31,875 nt of DNA, from the IMG/VR virus record IMGVR_UViG_3300033067_000953, positions 1 to 31,875 of that record; one strand, given 5' to 3'. The notes beneath the pieces are model-generated. The model made no database searches, was not told where the DNA came from, and saw only the letters and a program-made list of their open reading frames with translations. Made by a program: the position numbers and the translations under genes. How positions within the stretch are numbered: the stretch's first letter is position 1; every line of letters starts with the position of its first letter. The stretch is from a virus. Taxonomy: Duplodnaviria > Caudoviricetes. Below are positions 6,413 to 15,739 of this stretch, in pieces.

Positions 6413-8343
6413 CCCATGGCGGCGCGTTTGCGGGCAAGCTCAATGAGGGCAGCCTGCTCTTTGGGGTCCTGAGAGAACAAAGGCGCAAGGCGATCTGATA
6501 CCGCAGGCGATGGGCGAGTAAGCGCACGCCCAGCCGACCTCGCAGCATTCATGGCGGCTCCGCCGAAGTTTCCCCTAGCAGCTTCAACTGCGATGCCAGA
6601 GATGTCGGTTCCCTCATCAGCCGCCATGGCATTGCGGAAGGCGGTTCGCGAGTTCCCGAGAACATTTCGGCCAGTTTCTACGAACTTGTTTTCTGCCCCC
6701 ATTTGCTTAGCAAATTCGTCAAACGCCCCCTTATCGGGGAACAGTGCCTCCAGCTTGTTACGCATCATTTTCGTGCCGAAAAGGCGGCGGGTAACATTCG
6801 CGCCGTCCTGGGTATTCTCAACCAAATCGGCCAACGCTTGCTTCGCGCCGATCCTCATAAACTGCTTATCAACGTCACTAAGGTTTCTTACCTCGGCAAC
6901 GTCTAAAGCGCTTTTGCCGCTGCGGATAAAATCAGTGCCCTCATTCATCATTTCGAGAGCGCGAGATGGTCCGCCCCACGCGCTGCGGGCGGCTTTGTAT
7001 GTGCCGTCTGTAAGGCCATCGAGTTCATTGACAAGCGCCTTGCGCATTTCTTCAACGCGCATTCCACGCTGAGTTAACTTACCAGTTACAGGATTCCGAA
7101 CCTCTTCCGCGCCGGAACTAAGGATTGAATCCAGCCCACGCTTCGCCGCATCCAGAACGCGCAGGGTCGGCATCTTCTTAATAATAAGATTTGGGTCGCT
7201 CAAATTTTCGCCGTCAAGATAGGTAGAGTAAATTGACGCGGTTTTTCCGGTAATCGCACCCTCGTCCAAAATATCCGTAATGCCGCGCTGTAAACCCTGC
7301 TGGAAGATTGGCCGGGCTTGTAACCTATCGAGCAATTCACTTCGCAGTGCCGTTGTCGTTCTTTTCTCATCAAAGGCTTTTTCATACAGCGGCCCGGCAT
7401 CAGCACTTCGCTGTTTAAATAAAGATTCGGTCGTCTGAGAAAAGTTCTCAGGCCCCATACCTTTCTCAATTGCGTCAATGACGCGCGAGCCTTGGCCAGC
7501 CTGGCGACCTTCAAATGTTGATTTAGCGGCAGTCAGCGCGGCGCCCTGCCTAGTGGCAGCGTTCTCCCCGAGCGCCTGAAGATTAGGAGAAACGTCCGCA
7601 AGCGTTGCTTGAGGACCAAGATCCTTTACCGCCGCCAATGCTTGGTCTGGCGTTAATTTATCTGCCTGCAATGCCCTAAATACGCGCCGACCTGTCGAGG
7701 AATCCTGTCCGTTCGGCATGTGGTCAAGAATCGCTTGCCCCGCGTCTTTGATGCGCCCACCGGCCCATTGCGCCCCCTCGGCCACAGCCGGAACGGCGGC
7801 GCCCATGGCACCACCAACGGCGCCACCCATGGCCGCGCCGCGCCCCACATCGCCAATGGAAGGCAGGCCACCTCCATTTCCCTCAGCGCCAACCGCGCCG
7901 ACTAATGCGCCAGGCACAGCACCCTGAGCTGCATATCCGAGGTAGCGCGGGATCTGCCTACCCAGCATATTCCCGGCAGACGTAAGGCCCTTATCGACCG
8001 CGCCGAAAATCCCACGAAACATGGGGCTCACCACCCCGCCGCCGATTTCACCGCCGTAAGCCTTGACCGGGCTCTTATCTCGATACGCGGTGTTGTCTTG
8101 GCGAACTGACTTCAGTTCATTGTCGAACGTATCGCCACGCCCCAGAGCTTTGTCAGCGAGGTAGCGACCGCCAGCGGCGACGTAATCACTCGCCCCACCA
8201 GTCATGCCGCGCGTGACCATATCCTGGAAGCCGACGCCGGCATTCTCAGGCTGCGGCGCTTCCTCGGGCTGCTGCTGCGCCATGCGCGCGCGAGCGGACG
8301 CCATGGCAATGGCCCGCTGCTGCTCTAGGGTCATTTCTGCCAT
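6319..8343 (-). CDS. DNA ejection (internal virion) protein, P22 gp16-like position
   Basis: 674 aa, Ala/Gly-rich hydrophobic segments, third of three large genes after the tail hub. Confidence 0.7.
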   Translation of the reverse strand: MAEMTLEQQRAIAMASARARMAQQQPEEAPQPENAGVGFQDMVTRGMTGGASDYVAAGGRYLADKALGRGDTFDNELKSVRQDNTAYRDKSPVKAYGGEIGGGVVSPMFRGIFGAVDKGLTSAGNMLGRQIPRYLGYAAQGAVPGALVGAVGAEGNGGGLPSIGDVGRGAAMGGAVGGAMGAAVPAVAEGAQWAGGRIKDAGQAILDHMPNGQDSSTGRRVFRALQADKLTPDQALAAVKDLGPQATLADVSPNLQALGENAATRQGAALTAAKSTFEGRQAGQGSRVIDAIEKGMGPENFSQTTESLFKQRSADAGPLYEKAFDEKRTTTALRSELLDRLQARPIFQQGLQRGITDILDEGAITGKTASIYSTYLDGENLSDPNLIIKKMPTLRVLDAAKRGLDSILSSGAEEVRNPVTGKLTQRGMRVEEMRKALVNELDGLTDGTYKAARSAWGGPSRALEMMNEGTDFIRSGKSALDVAEVRNLSDVDKQFMRIGAKQALADLVENTQDGANVTRRLFGTKMMRNKLEALFPDKGAFDEFAKQMGAENKFVETGRNVLGNSRTAFRNAMAADEGTDISGIAVEAARGNFGGAAMNAARSAGRALTRPSPAVSDRLAPLFSQDPKEQAALIELARKRAAMGQIFGSRTLPLLARTPSALLSTSTGGSNQRP

Positions 8344-9674
8344 AGGGCTTTCTCTTCAGGGGTCATATGCGCCCAAACATCCGGCGAAATGCCGTCTGGC
8401 ACAGACGCCTGCTTATTGCCGAAATTGGCGTCATACGCGCCGCCTGATGCGCTGATGATTCCCCTCACCTTTTCCTCACGCTGCGCCTTCTTCTGGGCAA
8501 CAACCTCTGGGCTATCTCCATAGGCCGGGAAAAACGCTTCTGCGTATTCTTCGGCTTCCGGCGCAGTTATTGCCCCACCAGATTCTTGACGCAGGACGGC
8601 GAGACCCCAGTTGCGCTTCGCTTGGCGGTACTGCTGAAGCTCCGGACTAGAGGTTTTATTGGTGATCCCGCCCCACTGAATCGCGGTGGGATCAAACGGC
8701 TTGCCCTTCTTCCCGGTCTTTGGATCGACCGGCGGATTCATAAGCTTTTCAAAGTTGGCCTCAGAAGTGAGGGCGTCGTTGGCAAATCCGGCCGCCTTGC
8801 TCTGCTCACCGCTGAATTGACGCGGGGGCGCGGTACGCACTTCGCCAGATGCAATCCTGGCCTGCACGCTCGGGTCGTTGGGATCGCCAGTGCCGACTTC
8901 CTGACCGCTCTTGTTGAAGAGCCTCACAGACGGGGCCGTGACCGGAGGCGCATAGCGGTCGGGCTGGGCTAGTTCTTCTTCAGAGGTGACGGAGCGGTTC
9001 TTGCCTAGCTCGCGGTCAAAGGCAAACTTGGTGGTCGGCGTCTTGCCCTCGCTCGCAGCGTCACCCAACCGGTTGCCGAGCTTTCCGTCTGGGTTAAGGA
9101 CAAAAACGCCCTGTTTAGTGGTTACGGTCTTAGGCTCACGCACAGGCGGAGCCTTGGGATTGGTCGCGACCTGCTGCCCGTTAATAAACGCGCTCGCGCC
9201 TTCCGGCAGTGTGCCGCTGAAGCCCTGCGACGGGGCGAACTGGCGCGCGATATCCGCAATCTCTGTCCCGGCCCCAACGGCATTGCGCGGGTTGAGCATA
9301 CTCACAGCCGCGGCTGCGCGTTCCTGCGGTTTAGCTGGCTGGCCAAAGACCTGACTGTCAATCGGGGTGGGAGCGCCAAGCATGTTATTGGCGTCCTGCT
9401 GCGTCATTCCGGGGCGCATGGCGAACTGTTGCGCTAGGGCGAGGTTCTGAGTATCGCCGGCCTGTTTCTGTTCTGCGGCCTCGCGTGCCTTCTTCTCGAA
9501 GTACGCGGTGACGATATCCCCTGTCGCGTCGGCAATGCCTTGGCCAACCGAAAACGTCGGTCGAGTGCGGCTCTGCGAAAGCAACTGAGCCAAAGCCGAG
9601 TAATCGCCGTAGTACGGGTCTGTGACCTGCTGCTGCGGGCGCTGGTAGGGAGATGCGGGCAATTTCTGCGGCAT
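8331..9674 (-). CDS. DNA ejection protein, P22 gp20-like position
   Basis: 447 aa, Gln/Ala/Pro-rich; position in the module. Confidence 0.65.
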   Translation of the reverse strand: MPQKLPASPYQRPQQQVTDPYYGDYSALAQLLSQSRTRPTFSVGQGIADATGDIVTAYFEKKAREAAEQKQAGDTQNLALAQQFAMRPGMTQQDANNMLGAPTPIDSQVFGQPAKPQERAAAAVSMLNPRNAVGAGTEIADIARQFAPSQGFSGTLPEGASAFINGQQVATNPKAPPVREPKTVTTKQGVFVLNPDGKLGNRLGDAASEGKTPTTKFAFDRELGKNRSVTSEEELAQPDRYAPPVTAPSVRLFNKSGQEVGTGDPNDPSVQARIASGEVRTAPPRQFSGEQSKAAGFANDALTSEANFEKLMNPPVDPKTGKKGKPFDPTAIQWGGITNKTSSPELQQYRQAKRNWGLAVLRQESGGAITAPEAEEYAEAFFPAYGDSPEVVAQKKAQREEKVRGIISASGGAYDANFGNKQASVPDGISPDVWAHMTPEEKALWQK

Positions 9675-10952
9675 TTAACCCCAATTCCCAATAGCAGCGC
9701 CGCCGATCTTGCCTATGCCGCCAAAGATAGAGCCAAGCAAAGACGCGCTGGCCTGCCGCTGAGCGTTGTAGTTATTCGCCGTTAAGCTCATGAGGTCGGG
9801 GGAGCCCTGTGCCGCCGTGCTTTGCGAGATCGGCTGGTATTGCGGCATGGTCTGCCCGCTAATCGGCGTTCCGTTGAGGTACGCCATGGCCTCGTTGATG
9901 TTCTGATTCCGGCCAAGAATCTGGTTTTGTAGACCCTGGTTATAGAGCTGATTGTTGAAATCGTAGACCTGAAGCCCGCGGTTGAACTGCTGACCAAGGG
10001 CTTGGTTTCCGAAGTCAGCCGCCGAAAGATTCTGGCCGAACGCGTCGTTCATAGCCTGATTGTTGAGCTGGGCGTTTTCCATTCCCTGCCCGAAGCCCTG
10101 GGCCTGGGCGGCGTTATAGAAACTAGCCTGCCCCTGGTTCTGCGCGAATTGCTGTGCAAGGGCTGAGTTTGCAAAATTGCCCTGAGTGGTCGCCTCTCCT
10201 ACGCCCTGCTGACGTGCGGCGAGGTTCTGGCCAAACAGAGCGTTGGCCTGAGCGTTGCCCTGCCCAATCGCCTGATTACGTGCGTCACTGTAGGCGGCCT
10301 GCATCGATCGGTTGAAGTTATCCATTTCCTGATTGTAGGCGTCTGAGCCCTGCGTGATGCCCTGCGCAGCCAAGCGAGAACGCATGGCCTGCTCACTTTG
10401 AGCAAATTGCGGGTCTAGGTATTGTGTCTGTGACGCGTAGTTGGCGTCCTGGGCTTGCTTGGCGAGACCGGAGAAGTCCGTGTTAAGCGAAGGAGCGCCG
10501 GAGAAGTCCAGGCTTCTCTGAGTTTGACCGCCGGAATCAAAGCCATATTTGATTGGCGCGGCCCCGACATTGGTAACAAAGCCATTCGCCGTAGTGTTCA
10601 CGGACGTTTGCAGCGGGGATACAACACGCGGGTCTAAATACCCGACCGGATTGGTTCCGAGGTCGAAGTTCCCGCCAGGAGCGCCGGCAAGCCTCTGGTT
10701 CGCCAAATCCGTAAGGGATTGGCTTGAGTCAAGCTGGCCGCCCAAAAGCTTCTGCAATTCGGGCGAAAGTGACGTTACCTGCGTGCGGTCTGGCGAGCCG
10801 ACCCCGCCGGTGTAGCTGATGCTACCTAGTGGGCCGGTCTGGTTGATCTGGTTAAGCTGGGCCGCCGTGAACAGCGCGTCTTTATTGACCGCGTTCTGAG
10901 CCTGCGCCGTCGCTACCGGGTCGGGAGCTTGACCGCCACCGCCTAAGCACAT
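9675..10952 (-). CDS. DNA ejection/pilot protein, Gln/Asn-rich
   Basis: MCLGGGGQAPDPVATAQAQ start, Q/N-rich helical repeats, Gly-rich amphipathic C-terminus. Confidence 0.7.
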   Translation of the reverse strand: MCLGGGGQAPDPVATAQAQNAVNKDALFTAAQLNQINQTGPLGSISYTGGVGSPDRTQVTSLSPELQKLLGGQLDSSQSLTDLANQRLAGAPGGNFDLGTNPVGYLDPRVVSPLQTSVNTTANGFVTNVGAAPIKYGFDSGGQTQRSLDFSGAPSLNTDFSGLAKQAQDANYASQTQYLDPQFAQSEQAMRSRLAAQGITQGSDAYNQEMDNFNRSMQAAYSDARNQAIGQGNAQANALFGQNLAARQQGVGEATTQGNFANSALAQQFAQNQGQASFYNAAQAQGFGQGMENAQLNNQAMNDAFGQNLSAADFGNQALGQQFNRGLQVYDFNNQLYNQGLQNQILGRNQNINEAMAYLNGTPISGQTMPQYQPISQSTAAQGSPDLMSLTANNYNAQRQASASLLGSIFGGIGKIGGAAIGNWG

Positions 10953-11399
10953 TTAAGCCGCCTTCACCGCGTCCGGGTAAAACACGAAGCTCCCACCGAA
11001 GGGAGTTAGGTGCTTTTTGAAGAATTTGAGCTTGGACAGCGCATCAATGGGCGTCCCCACATGGAGAACCAGCGGGACACCTGTGTTGCGGCAGGCTTGT
11101 TTCAGCGCGGCAAGGAGGCGGGTGGCATGACCAAATGCCCTAAACTCGGGATGGACGAAAAACCATTGGTCAAAAAAGACCTTTTCGTCCGAGTACCACC
11201 AAGTGTCTTTGTAGATCGCCACGGAGCCCACCAAACGACCGTGCTGCCTGCAAATCATGCAGCCGCCGTCATTAATGCGTTGGGTGATGACCCCGAGGGC
11301 CTTTTTGTCGTTCACTTGACCGACGCCGTTTTCGGCGTGCATGGCCCGGAGAAGTTCGCAAATCTCGGGCAGGTCATCAGGCGTGGCGACTGAAATCAT
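10953..11399 (-). CDS. GNAT-fold acetyltransferase-like protein
   Basis: ISVATPDDLPEI...FFVHPEFRAFGHATRLL; usual podovirus position between hub and ejection genes. Confidence 0.85.
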   Translation of the reverse strand: MISVATPDDLPEICELLRAMHAENGVGQVNDKKALGVITQRINDGGCMICRQHGRLVGSVAIYKDTWWYSDEKVFFDQWFFVHPEFRAFGHATRLLAALKQACRNTGVPLVLHVGTPIDALSKLKFFKKHLTPFGGSFVFYPDAVKAA

Positions 11400-12956
11400 C
11401 TATAGCATACCTCCGGGTTCAAAAACCACGTCTGTTCCGTACCAACGGACAGAAATTGTGTTTACTTGCCCCTTTATTCGGATGCTTCCGTAAGTCCCCA
11501 AGTTGCCGGTTGATTGCCAGAACAGCGTCGGCACAGGCCCGTCAGCCCAGTAGTAGTCATCCCACGTAGCCACATCCCAAACCGCCGTGGTCACAGGCGT
11601 AGTTGTGGGAATGTTGGTCGGGATCGCGTCTGAGAAATCCACGTTTATGTCCGTGGCCAGCGGCAAATCCCCGTCAGAATTAATCAGCGGGCGGAAAAGC
11701 TTGAATTGCTTTAATTGCCCCGGAGCGCCAAACGCCGATGCGGCCTGCCTCACGTCCACATTGATGTTATTGCCGTCATCCGCGTCCGATAGCGTGCCGG
11801 CCTGAATCACAGAGCCGTTTGTGCCGAAATAAATCTCGTTATCGTGGTTTTCCCAGCAATTGGCTTGCAGGTCTTTGAACCGGCACCACGCCTGGGTCTG
11901 GGTGTTCATCACGAATTGCTGCTGGTACGCCCCGGTACTCACCGGGACATTGAACAGAAGCCAATTCATGGACGGGACGTACTTGAGCTGCCAGCCGGTG
12001 TGGTCGTGGTACAGCCTCACCGCGTCATTGATCGCCGTGCGGATCTTGTCGGTGTAGGGCTGCTGTTGAACCAGACCGGATACAACAGCGGACAGGGGCA
12101 AAATCCCTGAATCCGTGGCAATGACCAAATCACCGCCATACTTCTGCGCGCACCTTTGGCCCAATGGTGCAGAGATGCGGTAGACGCCAAGCAAAGACCA
12201 AGAGCTTGAGCTACTAGGATCAATGCCTTGGTAAACAGCAACCTGCCCCTTGTCTGAGATGAACGCAATCAGGTCGTCCATCCCGGAGCCGCCGTCACGG
12301 GTCCAGGTGCCGATGGCTTGGATGTACCCGCCCATATCCAGCAGGGATGCCAGATTGAACGCCGAAACCGTCCCGCCTATGGCGTCCGTGTTGGTGTGGT
12401 AGACAAACCGAAGCGTGCCTTTCTCAGCGTAGAAGATGCGCCGCTGAAAAACCTCGATGTCAGAAAAGTTGCCAATAGTTGCCGCCGAATAGGTGCTGCC
12501 GGCGTACCAATTGGTCCCGTCGTAAATCTGGCGGGAGTCCACCCCATTTACAGCAACCATAAAATTGCCGCCGGGGGTGCCAAAGTTGCGGTATTGCCAC
12601 TGATTCTCTGTAAACCCGCTGGCCACGGTCGCCGTCGTGAGCGCAGTCCCGCTTGCCTGCACGGTCGAGATGTTGGTAACGATCCCGCCGCAGGCCACAA
12701 ACATGCGCAGGTTGGAGCCATTGGAATACGAGAAGATGGTTTCCACCTGCCCCGCGAGCCCAGAGGCGTAGGTGTCCGAACCAGGACGCGGGCGAACGTC
12801 CGTTGCCTCGGGATACCAGTTGTCCATGGCGATAGCGTCGGTCACTGGCATATTTGCCAAGCCGTCGCGCGCGTTCCATCCACCCACCGGAGCCGGGAGG
12901 CTGGTGGGTGCCGACGTGTTCATGGTTGCCGGCAGAGGTCGGAGCGCGCGGCGCAC
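11400..12956 (-). CDS. Tail hub/nozzle (packaged-DNA stabilisation) protein
   Basis: 518 aa beta-rich; PAPVGGWNARD start; follows the adaptor. Confidence 0.75.
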   Translation of the reverse strand: MRRALRPLPATMNTSAPTSLPAPVGGWNARDGLANMPVTDAIAMDNWYPEATDVRPRPGSDTYASGLAGQVETIFSYSNGSNLRMFVACGGIVTNISTVQASGTALTTATVASGFTENQWQYRNFGTPGGNFMVAVNGVDSRQIYDGTNWYAGSTYSAATIGNFSDIEVFQRRIFYAEKGTLRFVYHTNTDAIGGTVSAFNLASLLDMGGYIQAIGTWTRDGGSGMDDLIAFISDKGQVAVYQGIDPSSSSSWSLLGVYRISAPLGQRCAQKYGGDLVIATDSGILPLSAVVSGLVQQQPYTDKIRTAINDAVRLYHDHTGWQLKYVPSMNWLLFNVPVSTGAYQQQFVMNTQTQAWCRFKDLQANCWENHDNEIYFGTNGSVIQAGTLSDADDGNNINVDVRQAASAFGAPGQLKQFKLFRPLINSDGDLPLATDINVDFSDAIPTNIPTTTPVTTAVWDVATWDDYYWADGPVPTLFWQSTGNLGTYGSIRIKGQVNTISVRWYGTDVVFEPGGML

Positions 12957-13672
12957 TAGGGCGGCACCTGCGGCCAGTCGCCAAGCGGGACGTTTTCAGC
13001 CAGGTAGTAAATCCCCTGGCCACCAATAAACAGGACACGGCGCCCAGCGTTTTGGCCGGTGTAACGCTCGATCTGTTCTTCCGCGCTCTCCATATCTTCG
13101 GCGTAGGCAAGCCCTTTGGCCTGCTTCCAGCGCCAGATTAGAGAGAGTTTGAACAACTCCTGGGGGATGCGGGTTACGTCGGTATCAGCCGCAAAGGCCG
13201 TTTGCCCCGTGCCCGTGGAACTCTCACACCAGTTCTTGGTGATGTAGTTGAACACCATGGTATGACCCGAACCTACCGCAGTCGGCCCAACCTTCAGCAC
13301 GTCCTTTTGCACGATGAACTTATACGGCGGGCCGACCACGGCAAACGAAATGTCCGATTGCCATTCCTGGGCCGTCACTGGCCCAATGATGGGCTGGCGC
13401 AAATCTCGGTCCCAGAACGTCTGATCCACAAACCGGCCAAAGTCTGTGGCAATCGAGCCGGTCAGATAGCCCTGGTCAATCGTGCTGGTGCTGGTGAACT
13501 GCGCAAGATACGTCAGTTCCTGCCACTCATAGCGCCTAGACAGCTCATCCCCGGTCGAGTTGGCCATGACCAGAAGCTCAAGAACCCGCTGGTCGGCCGA
13601 AGTCACAACGGCAGTGGGCGTACTCATGCCCAACTGCCGCGACACGTCTTGGATGAGGTCTAGGAGCGCCAT
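12956..13672 (-). CDS. Head-tail adaptor (tail tubular protein A-like)
   Basis: MALLDLIQDVSRQLG...WQEL...LIWRWKQAKGLAY; size and position. Confidence 0.75.
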   Translation of the reverse strand: MALLDLIQDVSRQLGMSTPTAVVTSADQRVLELLVMANSTGDELSRRYEWQELTYLAQFTSTSTIDQGYLTGSIATDFGRFVDQTFWDRDLRQPIIGPVTAQEWQSDISFAVVGPPYKFIVQKDVLKVGPTAVGSGHTMVFNYITKNWCESSTGTGQTAFAADTDVTRIPQELFKLSLIWRWKQAKGLAYAEDMESAEEQIERYTGQNAGRRVLFIGGQGIYYLAENVPLGDWPQVPP

Positions 13673-14263
13673 TTAGGCTACATCGAGTTGGATTTTGGGC
13701 TTGGGACCGGGCTTCTTGCGTTCCGCCTTGGGCTCGGTGATCTGGGCCTTGAGGGCGGCAAGTTCCGCCTTAAGGGCTTCCATGGCCTGGTCCTGCGCGC
13801 TCATGTTCTTTTTCTTCTCTTGCTCAGACAGGAAGCGTTCGGCCTTGCGCTTGAGCGTCAGGGCGCCGTGGAACAGCCGCATGGCGTTGTCAGCCATACG
13901 CGCCACGTCCTCAACGGTCTGGAACCCGTAAGCGCGGAGCTGTGCAACGAAGTCGATATTGGCCGAGACTTCGCTCCACTGCGTAAGCGGGGTGCCTTCA
14001 GCCAAGGTTTCGCCCTTCTTGAAGGCGTCATACTGGCGAGCAAAGCGGGCGCGGTCCTCGGGGCGTACCTTGCCGCCGTACACACACAGGGCCTCGCCGG
14101 GAGACTGAATCTTAATCATCTCCACTTTCACAAGGTCGCCCGTTACCGGGTCGGCTACCTCATCCATGTAGAAGATGGGTTTCGCGGTATCCTGTTCCGG
14201 TTTGAAGCTATTGGAGCCAAAGTCAAACTTGGAACTGTCGAAGGTATGGGCGTAGGCGTTCAT
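13673..14263 (-). CDS. Hypothetical head-module protein
   Basis: 196 aa, GTPLTQW motif, C-terminal coiled coil and basic tail. Confidence 0.7.
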   Translation of the reverse strand: MNAYAHTFDSSKFDFGSNSFKPEQDTAKPIFYMDEVADPVTGDLVKVEMIKIQSPGEALCVYGGKVRPEDRARFARQYDAFKKGETLAEGTPLTQWSEVSANIDFVAQLRAYGFQTVEDVARMADNAMRLFHGALTLKRKAERFLSEQEKKKNMSAQDQAMEALKAELAALKAQITEPKAERKKPGPKPKIQLDVA

Positions 14264-15351
14264 GCAGCATCCTTGATGTTGTCAATATGAAGCCCGTACT
14301 CGCGGGCAATGTCGGGGATAAGGCCGAAGCCGTGAACGATGATCCGGTGCGGATCGAGGCGACGGTTTTTCAGGCTGTCAGCGCGCCATTCCAGGAACAG
14401 CTGAAACTCATCGGCCTGGGCCAACATGTTCCCGTTGCCGAAATAGCGGCGGTCGCCATCCGGGAAGCCCTTGACGCACATTTCTTTGAGGTCGTGGATC
14501 GTCTCAGGCTTTTGGTACGAGTGCAGGCGCGGTGCGCCGTCCGTGCCCATCAGACCGTTTTCAATCTGATGGTTGCTGTAGCAGCTATCGAAGCCAAACA
14601 AATGAATGTCCGTGAACCCCATCATGTAAAAAAGCATGATGGCGCGCATTCCACAGGTTGAACCCGTGGTCGGGATCATGATGGCCCGCTCTTTGTCAGT
14701 CAGGCAGGCTTCAAGCTCAGGCTTGGCGCGGGCGTGCCAGATGTAATGCTCGCTCTTCTCAAACTTGTCGAACGTCTCTGGCGCGCACTGAGAACTGATG
14801 TAGTACCGGACCCCACTAGTCGGGGTCATATAGGTGGCCGCGTTCGGGGTGGGCTCAAGCAACACGCCGGCCCACGGCTTGATCCAGGGAACGCCGTGCG
14901 TCTTGGGAAGGTTTAGCAGGTAGTCCTGGGTGCGGTTGATGACCGCCACCTTGGTCCCGCGCTTCTGCAAATCCCGCAGGACGTGGATGTTATGCCCAAG
15001 GGACGGGCCACCGCCGCAAATGGCGATGGATTGGCCGCTGAACTCCCACGGCTTAAAGTTGGGCCAGTTGCGAGCCTTTGCGCTCATGCAATGCTCTCGA
15101 AGCTTCCAGCCAACCGCCCGTCCTTCGGTGAACGGGATAACCTCTCGCAGGGGCTTAAAGCTCGGTGGCGCATTAGCGCGTTCTTTGGCGCGGCGCTCTT
15201 TTTCCTCGCGCTTGGCCTCACCGGCCTTCCAATAGGAGGCGATTGTGCCTGATACGGCGTCAGCATCCAGGTCCAAGCTAACGGGTTCCTGAATCTTGAA
15301 CCCGTTGTCGAGGGTAAGGCCGGCGAGTGCGTGCGTAGCGGGTAGAACCAT
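14260..15351 (-). CDS. Maf/DUF115 (MptE-like) glycosyltransferase-like protein
   Basis: IAICGGGPSL, VAVIN, YYISSQCAP, TGSTCGMRAI, GFTDIHLFGFDSC; start moved to ATG 15351 because the longer ORF overlaps the upstream gene. Confidence 0.75.
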   Translation of the reverse strand: MVLPATHALAGLTLDNGFKIQEPVSLDLDADAVSGTIASYWKAGEAKREEKERRAKERANAPPSFKPLREVIPFTEGRAVGWKLREHCMSAKARNWPNFKPWEFSGQSIAICGGGPSLGHNIHVLRDLQKRGTKVAVINRTQDYLLNLPKTHGVPWIKPWAGVLLEPTPNAATYMTPTSGVRYYISSQCAPETFDKFEKSEHYIWHARAKPELEACLTDKERAIMIPTTGSTCGMRAIMLFYMMGFTDIHLFGFDSCYSNHQIENGLMGTDGAPRLHSYQKPETIHDLKEMCVKGFPDGDRRYFGNGNMLAQADEFQLFLEWRADSLKNRRLDPHRIIVHGFGLIPDIAREYGLHIDNIKDAA

Positions 15352-15381
15352 AGAGAAACGGGAGGGGATTTCTCCCCTCCC
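15352..15381 (-). terminator. Terminator/attenuator-like hairpin after the capsid and decoration genes
   Basis: Minus strand GGGAGGGGA-GAAA-TCCCCTCCC (9-bp stem) followed by GTTTCTCT. Confidence 0.65.
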
Positions 15382-15391
15382 TTTCCTTTCG

Positions 15392-15727
15392 TTACTGCGG
15401 GATGCCGGCGCCCGAACGGACGCAGAAGATCCAGCCGTATTCGTTCGCCGCAAAGGCCGTGGAGCTGTTGCGGAAGTAAGCCGTACCAGCGCCGCCATCC
15501 ACCGAAGAGGCAAGGCAGCTCACCGTGGTCAAGTCCACAGTGCAGTACGCAGAATTGCCGATGACAGCCGAAGCGCGGATGTACATGGCAACCTTGCCGA
15601 TACGGGACGGGATGTTGTCGCTGTTCAGTTCAACCACAGTGCCCAGCGCAAACAGCGGGTCAGTGGTTCTCACTTCGAGCGAACCCGCACCGATAATCGG
15701 CGTAGAGGAGTAAGTTCCAGCGGTCAT
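15392..15727 (-). CDS. Capsid decoration/cement protein
   Basis: 111 aa right after the capsid gene, RBS AGGAGG, FALGT...NEYGW. Confidence 0.65.
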   Translation of the reverse strand: MTAGTYSSTPIIGAGSLEVRTTDPLFALGTVVELNSDNIPSRIGKVAMYIRASAVIGNSAYCTVDLTTVSCLASSVDGGAGTAYFRNSSTAFAANEYGWIFCVRSGAGIPQ

Positions 15728-15739
15728 GTGTGGTCCTCC

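Noticed and set aside
10953-11399. GNAT toxin or resistance gene
   Set aside because: No antitoxin partner; this is the usual position of a GNAT-like morphogenesis gene in podoviruses.
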